A program made the position numbers and the translations under genes. Below are positions 38,668 through 46,188 of a stretch of 63,125 bases of DNA, one piece after another. This stretch comes from Geobacter sp. Lineage in GTDB: Bacteria > Desulfobacterota > Desulfuromonadia > Geobacterales > Pseudopelobacteraceae. Every line of letters starts with the position of its first letter. The stretch's first letter is position 1. The notes below the pieces were generated by a model. It searched no databases, was not told the DNA's origin, and worked only from the letters and a program-made list of their open reading frames with translations. The DNA lies in assembly GCA_027346925.1 (NCBI GenBank), contig DAIERH010000001.1, positions 1 to 63,125 on the forward strand. Direction: 5' to 3'.

Positions 38668-38928
38668 TCAGCACTTCCGCCTGGCCGCCTCTTCCTGATA
38701 GAACTTCTGGTAGAGGATCTCCCAGTCGCGGCTGCCCTGCGCCCTGTTCCTGAGCTTGTCGCGCACCGCGGCGTCGATCTCCTCGGCCACGCTGAAGAAT
38801 GCCGTCAACGACTGCTTGATGCGCGCCAGTGCGCGGTTCTCATCGGTTATGTCGGCCAGGTCGTCGCGCCAGAGGCGCTCCATGATTTCGTGTGCCATGT
38901 GGGATATGCGGTCTTCGGAAAGGGACAT
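38668..38928 (-). CDS. DUF507-family protein
   Basis: 86 aa: MSLSEDRISHMAHEIMERLWRDDL..., acidic helical protein. Confidence 0.65.
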   Translation of the reverse strand: MSLSEDRISHMAHEIMERLWRDDLADITDENRALARIKQSLTAFFSVAEEIDAAVRDKLRNRAQGSRDWEILYQKFYQEEAARRKC

Positions 38929-38938
38929 GGGGGGTTCC

Positions 38939-39226
38939 TTACAAGACGATCTTCCGTTCTTTTGCCAGCTTCTCCTTGATCATCCGCAGCATCTTGCGGC
39001 GGTCGATGTCGGCCGCGCCCCGCCCCATTGCGGCGATGGTTTCGTCCAAAAGCCGTTCGGCGTCGCGCTCCAGCGTCTGTTCACGGCCGAAGTCCCGGGC
39101 GATTACCGCGGCTATCCCCTCCACCGCGGCGATCCGCTCGCGGCGCGGCGCGATCAGCCCATCGGCGGCCAGGTCGCTGTAAACCTTCTCGGCCAGGCGC
39201 TTGATCTGTTCGTCCTTCAATCGCAT
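38939..39226 (-). CDS. DUF507-family protein (second paralog)
   Basis: 95 aa: MRLKDEQIKRLAEKVYSDLAADGLI..., same architecture as its neighbour. Confidence 0.65.
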   Translation of the reverse strand: MRLKDEQIKRLAEKVYSDLAADGLIAPRRERIAAVEGIAAVIARDFGREQTLERDAERLLDETIAAMGRGAADIDRRKMLRMIKEKLAKERKIVL

Positions 39227-39284
39227 GCAATCACCACTACAGATGAAAAAGGCCCGCCATGCGGCAGGCCCCAGGTCACGGCTG

Positions 39285-39593
39285 TTACTTGAGTGTCTTC
39301 AGATACCCGACCAGGGCATCCATGTCGGCCTTCGGCAGGGTCTTGAAGGACGGCATGGCGCTGGCCGGATTGGCCTTCTTGGGGTTATCCAGTTTTGCCC
39401 TGATATCCTTATCCTTCAACTTTGCGGCAATCCTGGTCAGGTCAGGACCGATTTTACCCCCCTGCCCCTTGACGACATGACACATGGTGCATTTTTCCTT
39501 GAAGATCTGCTCCCCCTTGCCGGCGGCCTGGGCAGCCACCGTCATCAGCGCCACCGCGGCAAACGCCGCGATCATCGCAACCGCACGTTTCAT
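39285..39593 (-). CDS. monohaem class I c-type cytochrome
   Basis: Signal peptide MKRAVAMIAAFAAVALMTVAAQA, CTMCH haem site and distal AMPSF Met. ATG at 39593 follows AAGGAG. Confidence 0.8.
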   Translation of the reverse strand: MKRAVAMIAAFAAVALMTVAAQAAGKGEQIFKEKCTMCHVVKGQGGKIGPDLTRIAAKLKDKDIRAKLDNPKKANPASAMPSFKTLPKADMDALVGYLKTLK

Positions 39594-39663
39594 AACGTAT
39601 CTCCTTGGATGGTATAATGGTGGACACATTGTACCCATTCCGTTTAAAATTGCAATTCTTAAT

Positions 39664-40809
39664 ATGTTCAGCAGACTCTATCTCCATATCCCCTTCTGCC
39701 GGGCCAAGTGCCCCTACTGCGCCTTTGTCTCGCAAGAGTCCCGGGGCGGACCGGGGGGCTACGCGGACCTGTTGCTTGACGAGATGCGCCTGGCGGCACG
39801 GGGCTGCACCCCGGCGAAGCCGCTGGAATCGGTCTATTTCGGCGGCGGAACCCCCTCGTTGCTGGAGCCGGGCGATACGGCCAGGCTCATCGCACGGGCA
39901 GCCGAGACCGTTGGCCTTTCGGCCACGGCCGAGGTCACCCTGGAGGCCAACCCCGGCACCGTGGACCAGGAGCGGCTGGCGGGCTTCCGTAACGCCGGCG
40001 TCAACCGCCTCTCCCTGGGGGTCCAGTCCTTTGACGACACCATGCTGGCGACCCTGGGGCGCATCCACACGGCCCAAGAGGCACGGGACGCCTTTGCCGC
40101 GGCACGGCAGGCGGGTTTTACGGACATCGGCATCGACCTGATCCACGCCCTCCCCGGCCAGACGCCGGAGATGTGGCGGAGCGACCTGGAACAGGCGCTG
40201 CTGCTGGCCCCGGAGCACATCTCGGTCTACGGCCTGGCCGTGGAGGAGGGGACCCCCTTTGACGAGCGCTACCCGGATGACAGCCCGCTGCTGGCCGGCC
40301 AGGACCTGGCCGCCGACGTGTTCGAAAAGGCCCACGACCTGCTCACGGGGCGCGGCTACGAGCATTACGAGATCGCCAACTACGCCCTGCCCGGCCACCG
40401 CTCGCGCCACAACAGCGGCTACTGGCAGCGGGACGGCTACCTGGGGCTGGGTGCCGGGGCCCACTCCTTTCTGCGGGACGCGGGCTTTGGCACCAGGTTC
40501 GGCAACGCGGCCGATCTCGACGGGTACGCCGCCGCCATCGGCCGGGGTGTACTGCCGCGCCGGGACGTCACTCTCCTCTCCCGCGAGGACGCCATGGCGG
40601 AACACATGTTCCTGGGGCTGCGCATGGCGGACGGCGTAGGGTTCGACCGGTTCGAGCGGGAGTTCGGGGTTGCGCCGGAGGCGCTCTACGGCCGGGTGTT
40701 CGAGGAACTTGCCGCCATGGGGCTGCTGGAAAGGGACGAGACAGCCGTGCGCCTGACCCTTCGCGGCTGGCTCCTCTCCAACCGCGTGCTCGGCAGGTTT
40801 TTGCCCTGA
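39664..40809 (+). CDS. hemW: radical SAM haem chaperone HemW (HemN-like, oxygen-independent coproporphyrinogen oxidase family)
   Basis: MFSRLYLHIPFCRAKCPYCAF (CX3CX2C), GGGTPS, HemN_C-like tail. Confidence 0.8.
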   Translation: MFSRLYLHIPFCRAKCPYCAFVSQESRGGPGGYADLLLDEMRLAARGCTPAKPLESVYFGGGTPSLLEPGDTARLIARAAETVGLSATAEVTLEANPGTVDQERLAGFRNAGVNRLSLGVQSFDDTMLATLGRIHTAQEARDAFAAARQAGFTDIGIDLIHALPGQTPEMWRSDLEQALLLAPEHISVYGLAVEEGTPFDERYPDDSPLLAGQDLAADVFEKAHDLLTGRGYEHYEIANYALPGHRSRHNSGYWQRDGYLGLGAGAHSFLRDAGFGTRFGNAADLDGYAAAIGRGVLPRRDVTLLSREDAMAEHMFLGLRMADGVGFDRFEREFGVAPEALYGRVFEELAAMGLLERDETAVRLTLRGWLLSNRVLGRFLP

Positions 40810-40907
40810 TTCTTCCAACCGCCCTTCCCTCCCCATCCGCCCCGAATGTCCCACCTCGAATTCACCCCACGTTTCCTCCTTTCAAACATGGCCTTGAAGC
40901 CACAGAT

Positions 40908-41130
40908 ATGGTGGGCACCGAACACAACGACATCAGGAAGAAGTGCATACATCTTCTGAAAAAGCATACTAGGAGCAGCGAATCGAGAGATTGGTGAGAT
41001 TTTAGGAGGTATGAGTGCATCAGCTGTTGCTAAGGCATACCAGAGACTCTCAACGGATCTGGCAAGTGATCCGCGCTTGAAGAAGGAATTGAAGAGTTTG
41101 CAGGGCAATTTGTCCCATGTCAAGGGTTGA
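40908..41130 (+). pseudogene. decayed fragment of a DnaA-C-type HTH domain, as found at the C-terminus of Y1 (IS200/REP-associated-like) transposases
   Basis: Two frames read ...EHNDIRKKCIHLLKKHT / GAANREIGEILGGMSASAVAKAYQRLSTDLASDPRLKKELKSLQGNLSHVKG*. A frameshift and in-frame stop lie at 40957-40975, and no catalytic domain is present upstream. Confidence 0.4.
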
Positions 41131-41194
41131 CCCCTTTTTACTCCCCCGTCAACTTCTGGCCCGTTGGATGATTAACGTCTAACGACAATGGTTA

Positions 41195-41223
41195 TTGACT
41201 GCGGTATGACCATAAGTTATACT
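41195..41223 (+). promoter_or_regulatory. sigma70-type promoter candidate for the toxin-antitoxin pair (TTGACT-17 nt-TATACT)
   Basis: TTGACT 41195-41200 and TATACT 41218-41223. AAAGGAGG RBS before the GTG at 41246. Confidence 0.5.
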
Positions 41224-41245
41224 ATATTCAAAAGGAGGTATAACC

Positions 41246-41500
41246 GTGCAAGCGATTAAAACAGCCATCTCAATTGAAAAAAACCTTTTTGACCAGGCCG
41301 AAAATATTGCTCGATCAATGAAAGTTTCACGCAGCAAGTTATTTGTCATTGCACTACAGGACTTTATTGAGCACCGGAAAAACAAAGAATTGCTCGCCCA
41401 GATCAATGCCGCTTATGCAGATGAACCTGATGAGACCGAGCAGACCCTCCGCCGTAAATCACGACGGCAGCACCGTCGCATACTGGAGGGAGAATGGTAA
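41246..41500 (+). CDS. ribbon-helix-helix (CopG/MazE-like) antitoxin
   Basis: 84 aa: MQAIKTAISIEKNLFDQAENIARSMKVSRSKLFVIAL. Overlaps the toxin gene by 7 nt. Confidence 0.7.
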   Translation: MQAIKTAISIEKNLFDQAENIARSMKVSRSKLFVIALQDFIEHRKNKELLAQINAAYADEPDETEQTLRRKSRRQHRRILEGEW

Positions 41501-41850
41501 TCAATCAGGGAGATATTTACTGGATAGAACTTGACGAGCCTGAAGGCTCGGAACCAGGTTATAGACATCCCCACGTCATAGTACAGAACAATCTTTTTAA
41601 CCGCAGCAATATCAAAACAGTCCTCGTATGTCCCCTCACAACTAATCTCAAGCGTGCAAATGCGCCTGGAAACGTCCGTCTTGATAAAAAAGAATCAAAT
41701 TTGCCCAAGGAAAGCGTAGTCAATGTTTCGCAAGTTTTTACGGTTGACAAGTCTCAACTTGATGACTTTATCGGAACCCTTCCACCAAAGCGAATGGCTG
41801 AAATACTCAATGGCATCAAACTGGTTCTGGATCCGCGAGAGCCGGATTGA
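41494..41850 (+). CDS. type II toxin, PemK/MazF-family endoribonuclease
   Basis: QGDIYWIELDEPEGSEPGYRHPHVIVQNN, VLVCPLTTN, SVVNVSQVFTVDKSQL. Confidence 0.8.
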   Translation: MVINQGDIYWIELDEPEGSEPGYRHPHVIVQNNLFNRSNIKTVLVCPLTTNLKRANAPGNVRLDKKESNLPKESVVNVSQVFTVDKSQLDDFIGTLPPKRMAEILNGIKLVLDPREPD

Positions 41851-41941
41851 ATTGATCGAACAACATAAGTTCCAACAATGTGGCGGCACACAGGCGCTGA
41901 CGTGCTGGTGCGCCCCCGAGCCGTTTACCTGATTTCCACCC

Positions 41942-41969
41942 TTGCCAGCATACTGAAAACATCTATAAT
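41942..41969 (+). promoter_or_regulatory. strong sigma70-type promoter (TTGCCA-16 nt-TATAAT) ending 6 nt before the nuoE ATG
   Basis: TTGCCA 41942-41947, TATAAT 41964-41969, ATG 41976. No Shine-Dalgarno in between. Confidence 0.5.
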
Positions 41970-41975
41970 GACACC

Positions 41976-42455
41976 ATGATCCCGGAACAACTCAGACAGG
42001 AACTCAAACGGCGCGTTGCCGACGCCGTCACCCCCCGCGAGGCCGCGGTGGACGTTATGAAGGAGCTGCAGCGCCACTGCGGCTGGCTCACCGACGAGGC
42101 CGTGGCCGAGGCGGCCGTGCTGCTCGGCATCTCCACCCTCCAGGTGGAGGAGCTGGCCACCTTCTACGAGATGATCTACCGCCGTCCGGTGGGGCGGAAC
42201 GTCATCCATGTCTGCGACTCGGTCTCCTGCTGGGCCATGGGTGGGGAGACCCTGCTGGCGCACCTGGAACAGCACATGGGGATCGCGACGGGCCAAACCA
42301 CACCTGACGGCGCCTTCACCCTGCTCCCCTGCTCCTGCCTGGGCAACTGCGGCAACGGGCCGACCCTGATGATCGGCGAGACCATCCACCACCGCGTCAC
42401 CCCGGAAGATGCCCGCGCCATCCTGGCCCGGGCAATGGACCAAGGCGCCCCATAG
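41976..42455 (+). CDS. nuoE: NADH-quinone oxidoreductase subunit E-like (24-kDa, 2Fe-2S)
   Basis: VMKELQRHCGWLTDE, IHVCDSVSCW, LPCSCLGNCGNGP. Confidence 0.85.
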   Translation: MIPEQLRQELKRRVADAVTPREAAVDVMKELQRHCGWLTDEAVAEAAVLLGISTLQVEELATFYEMIYRRPVGRNVIHVCDSVSCWAMGGETLLAHLEQHMGIATGQTTPDGAFTLLPCSCLGNCGNGPTLMIGETIHHRVTPEDARAILARAMDQGAP

Positions 42456-42491
42456 CCCCGAAATCCCTCGGAAGCATTCCCCTACGGACAT

Positions 42492-42519
42492 GAAGGGCGC
42501 ATCAATCGATGCGCCCTTC
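42492..42519. repeat. perfect 12-bp-stem hairpin between convergent genes
   Basis: GAAGGGCGCATC-AATC-GATGCGCCCTTC, with no U-tract on either strand. Confidence 0.6.
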
Positions 42520-42596
42520 GTGCGTCAGTTCCCGCAAACGGCGATCAGGACGGCTTGAAACGGCCCCCCGCCCGTTCCCCGGCCGGGTGCGCCCCC

Positions 42597-44591
42597 TCAG
42601 GCGATGTAGGGCTGCTGTTGCGAGGCAGCGGCATTGATATCCTCCAGCGCCCGTTCCAGGTCGGCGCGCTTGAGCGGTTTGTCCAGGTGACCGTCCATCC
42701 CCGCTTCACGGCAAAGCGCGATATCCTGTTGCATGACATGGGCGGTCATGGCGATGATCGGGGTGTGTCCGCCCAGCGCCCGTTCATGCCCCCGGATGGC
42801 GCGGGTCGCCTCGATACCGTCCATCTCCGGCATCTGGACATCCATCAGCACCAGGTCGAAGCCTCCCCCCTGCCACGCCTCCACCGCCTCCCTGCCGTTG
42901 GTAACCACCGTTGCGCAGTGCCCCAGTTTCTCCAGGAACCGGGTAACGATTACCTGGTTGAGCCCGATGTCCTCGGCCACCAGCACGGAAAGCCCCCGGG
43001 AACCGGCGGCGGTTTGAGGAGAAGCCGTCGAAATCTCCCGCACGCTTGCACCTGATGCCGCCTGCCCCCCGGCCAGCCTGAACGGCACAGTGAAACGGAA
43101 CTCGCTCCCCTGTCCCGGCTCGCTCTCCAGCGAGACATCCCCTCCCATCATCTCCGCCAATTGCCTGACAATCGCCAGCCCCAGACCGGTGCCCCCGAAT
43201 CTCCTGGTCGTCGAACCATCCGCCTGGACGAACGGGTCGAAGATATGCTCCCGCGCCTCTTGCGGAATCCCTATGCCGGTGTCGCGGATGCTCACCGCCA
43301 CCTTCACGTCCTCCCCCTGGCGGGCGGCCTCCTCCACGGTGAGTGCCACCCCGCCAAGGGCCGTGAACTTGACGGCATTGCCCGCCAGGTTGGTGACGAT
43401 CTGGCGCAGACGGAGCGGGTCGCCGACGAGCCGGTCCGGCATGCCGGGCGCAATGGACAGGGTACACGAGAGCCCCTTCTGCCGTGCCCTGAAAATCAGC
43501 GGCTGGAGCGCGGCTTCGAGTGTTTCCCGAAGGGAGAACGGTATCTGTTCCAGGGAGAGATGGCCGGCCTCGATCTTGGAGAAATCCAGGATATCGCTGA
43601 TCAATTCGGTCAGGTGCTCGGCCGAGGCCCTGACCCCCTCCAGGTATTCCTTCTGCTCCAGGGAGACGGCGCTTTCCATGGCCAGTTCGGTCATGCCGAC
43701 CACGGCGTTCATGGGGGTGCGGATCTCGTGGCTCATCCGCGCCAGAAAGTCGCTCTTGGCGTTATTGGCGTGCTCCGCCTCGTCCTTGGCCTCCTTCAGC
43801 TCGGTTACCATGGTCTCGATGGCATGCAGCAACTGGCGGGGTTCGTCGGGAGTCTCCGAATCTCCGGAACCCGGCGGGTGCGCCTGGGTGATCTGGCTGG
43901 TGATCCGCAACGCCTGTTTCAAGGGCTGATTGATCCGTCTCGCGGCATACAGGGAAAACAGGACAATGACGGCAAACAGGGTGCTGGATACGGCCACCAC
44001 CTGCCGTCTCAGGGATATGGTCTCCTGTTTCTTGTCGTCGTAATAGAGCCCGCTGCCGACCACCCAACCCCACGGCTCGAACAGCTTGATGCAGGAAATC
44101 TTCGACAGAGGCTGCGCACGGCCCGGCTTGGGCCAGAGATATTCCAGGAACCCCTTGTCGCCGTTTTTCACCACCCGGTTCATTTCAACGAATATCCGCT
44201 TGCCGGCCGGGTCCTTGAAATTCGCCAGGTTCGTGCCCTCCAACTGGGGGGCATAGGGGTGCACCACCATGGTCAGGTTGAGGTCGTGGATCCAGATATA
44301 GTCGTTTTGCTGCGCCATCACCCGGATGGCGGTAATGGCTCTGTGTTGGGCCTCGGCCAGGGTCGCCTCGCCGTTTTCCGCCAGGGAATGGTAGTGGCTC
44401 AACACCGATATGGCCATGTCCACCAGGCTGGAGGTGTGCGCCTTGTGTTCTTCCAGCAGACTGCCCTCGTACAGGGGGATGATATAGAAGATGATCGCCA
44501 GGGATGCCACGAGAAGAACGGCAAGGTTCATCCCCACTATCTTGGAGAGCGTGTTCCAGTTGCGCAGCCTGAGATATCTGCCCAGTATCAA
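42597..44591 (-). CDS. hybrid sensor histidine kinase/response regulator with periplasmic single-Cache domain
   Basis: TM, then Cache_2-like region (YIWIHDLNLTMVVHP, GFLEYLWPKPG, WGWVVGSGLYY), TM, HisKA FLARMSHEIRTPMN, HATPase GTGLGLAI, receiver LMDVQMPEMDG. Confidence 0.85.
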   Translation of the reverse strand: MILGRYLRLRNWNTLSKIVGMNLAVLLVASLAIIFYIIPLYEGSLLEEHKAHTSSLVDMAISVLSHYHSLAENGEATLAEAQHRAITAIRVMAQQNDYIWIHDLNLTMVVHPYAPQLEGTNLANFKDPAGKRIFVEMNRVVKNGDKGFLEYLWPKPGRAQPLSKISCIKLFEPWGWVVGSGLYYDDKKQETISLRRQVVAVSSTLFAVIVLFSLYAARRINQPLKQALRITSQITQAHPPGSGDSETPDEPRQLLHAIETMVTELKEAKDEAEHANNAKSDFLARMSHEIRTPMNAVVGMTELAMESAVSLEQKEYLEGVRASAEHLTELISDILDFSKIEAGHLSLEQIPFSLRETLEAALQPLIFRARQKGLSCTLSIAPGMPDRLVGDPLRLRQIVTNLAGNAVKFTALGGVALTVEEAARQGEDVKVAVSIRDTGIGIPQEAREHIFDPFVQADGSTTRRFGGTGLGLAIVRQLAEMMGGDVSLESEPGQGSEFRFTVPFRLAGGQAASGASVREISTASPQTAAGSRGLSVLVAEDIGLNQVIVTRFLEKLGHCATVVTNGREAVEAWQGGGFDLVLMDVQMPEMDGIEATRAIRGHERALGGHTPIIAMTAHVMQQDIALCREAGMDGHLDKPLKRADLERALEDINAAASQQQPYIA

Positions 44592-44871
44592 AAGGTCTCC
44601 TTGAAGTGCCCGGGGTGGAATGGGTTCCTGAATGCAGGGGTGGAATTGCCGGGAATATGTGGTATTACACTAGCTGACCCATGCAAGGGGGTAGAAAACA
44701 GATAGTGTATACGCGGTGGCCCTGTCAACAAAAAACACCGACTATCGCTGCCTTTCGCTCTGGGGTCGAGCCACCGGGAGAGGCGACTTCAGCCCTTCTC
44801 CGCCCCATGAGGACGCAATCGGTCTATTTTCTTGAAATAGACGCAAAACAACGGTAACGTACCCCACCATC

Positions 44872-46140
44872 ATGGAACCGATCTTGCTGCGATACGAACG
44901 CGCCGGGCACTGCCCGACCCTCGATGAATACCGAGCCGACGGCGGTTTCGAGGCCCTGGCCACGGCACTGGCCGGGATGTCCCCCGACGCAGTGCAGCAG
45001 GCCGTGATCGACTCCGGCCTGCGCGGCAGGGGGGGGGCCGGTTTTCCCACGGGGCGGAAATGGTCCTTTGTGCCGCGCAACCTGCCGGGCCCGCGTTACC
45101 TGATCTGCAATGCCGACGAGATGGAGCCGGGCACCTACAAGGACCGGGTGCTTCTGGAACAGAACCCCTGGCCGCTGATCGAGGGCATGGCGCTGGCCTG
45201 CTACGCCTTGGGGGTCGGCCACGCCTTCATCTTTATCCGCCGCGGCTATGAACGGGCTGCCGCAAACCTGCGCCGGGTCATGGCCGAGGCCCGGCGGGCC
45301 GGCTTCCTGGGTGAAAACATCCTGGGAAGCGGATTCAACCTGGAACTGGATGTGCACCAGTCGGCCGGCCGCTACATCTGCGGCGAGGAGACCGCCCTGA
45401 TCAACGCCCTGGAAGGGGTCCGGGCCAATCCGCGCGCCAAGCCCCCCTTCCCCGCCGTCAAAGGCCTCTGGGGTCAGCCGACGGTGGTGAACAACGTGGA
45501 GACCCTGGCCAACATCCCGGCCATCATCGCCCGGGGACCGGCCTGGTGGAAGGCCCTGGCGGCCACGCCCGAGGCAGCGGGCAGCAAGCTGTTCTGCGTC
45601 AGCGGACATGTGGCCAACCCGGAATGCTTCGAACTCCCCCTGGGCATCACCCTGGGAGAGATCATCGACGGCCCCTGCGGCGGCATGCGGCCCGGAAGCG
45701 GTTTCAAGGCCTGCATCCCGGGCGGGGCATCCACCCCCTTTCTCACTGCCGATCATTGGGGGGTGGCCATGGACTTCGATCCGGTGGCAAAAGCCGGTTC
45801 CCGCCTGGGCACCGGCGGGATCATCGTGTTCGACCAGAACACCTGCATGGTGGGGGTAACCCTCAACCTGATCCGTTTCTTTGCCCGCGAATCCTGCGGC
45901 TGGTGCACCCCCTGCCGCGAGGGTCTCCCCTTTGTGCGGCACATCCTGGAAAAGATCGAGAACGGCAGCGGCAACGCGGGGGATGTGGATATCCTGCGGG
46001 AACACGTCCACTACCTGAATTACGCCTTCTGTGCCCTGGCCCCCGGCGCCATGGGACCGTTGGAGGGGCTGCTCAGGCTGTTCGAGGACGAGGTGAGGGA
46101 GCATATCACCAAGGGCAAATGCCCGTTTACAAGGCTTTGA
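44872..46140 (+). CDS. nuoF: NADH-quinone oxidoreductase subunit F-like (51-kDa, FMN, 4Fe-4S)
   Basis: GLRGRGGAGFPTGRKW, CNADEMEPGT, ESCGWCTPCREG. Confidence 0.9.
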   Translation: MEPILLRYERAGHCPTLDEYRADGGFEALATALAGMSPDAVQQAVIDSGLRGRGGAGFPTGRKWSFVPRNLPGPRYLICNADEMEPGTYKDRVLLEQNPWPLIEGMALACYALGVGHAFIFIRRGYERAAANLRRVMAEARRAGFLGENILGSGFNLELDVHQSAGRYICGEETALINALEGVRANPRAKPPFPAVKGLWGQPTVVNNVETLANIPAIIARGPAWWKALAATPEAAGSKLFCVSGHVANPECFELPLGITLGEIIDGPCGGMRPGSGFKACIPGGASTPFLTADHWGVAMDFDPVAKAGSRLGTGGIIVFDQNTCMVGVTLNLIRFFARESCGWCTPCREGLPFVRHILEKIENGSGNAGDVDILREHVHYLNYAFCALAPGAMGPLEGLLRLFEDEVREHITKGKCPFTRL

Positions 46141-46188
46141 CTTTTGCCACGGGGCCACAGACCCAAAGGGCCTAAAGAGGCACGGAGA

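Noticed and set aside
39454-40854. 466-aa minus-strand ORF. The same explanation applies to 19919..21169, 21320..22435, 31918..33162, 36409..37479, 37627..38499 and 48219..49046
   Set aside because: All are antisense to well-supported genes (hemW, rnr, tatC, folC, slt, DUF815, tonB-like) and have biased low-complexity composition.
43161-44705. 514-aa plus-strand ORF
   Set aside because: It is antisense to the hybrid histidine kinase (HisKA, HATPase and receiver motifs on the minus strand) and has no motifs of its own.
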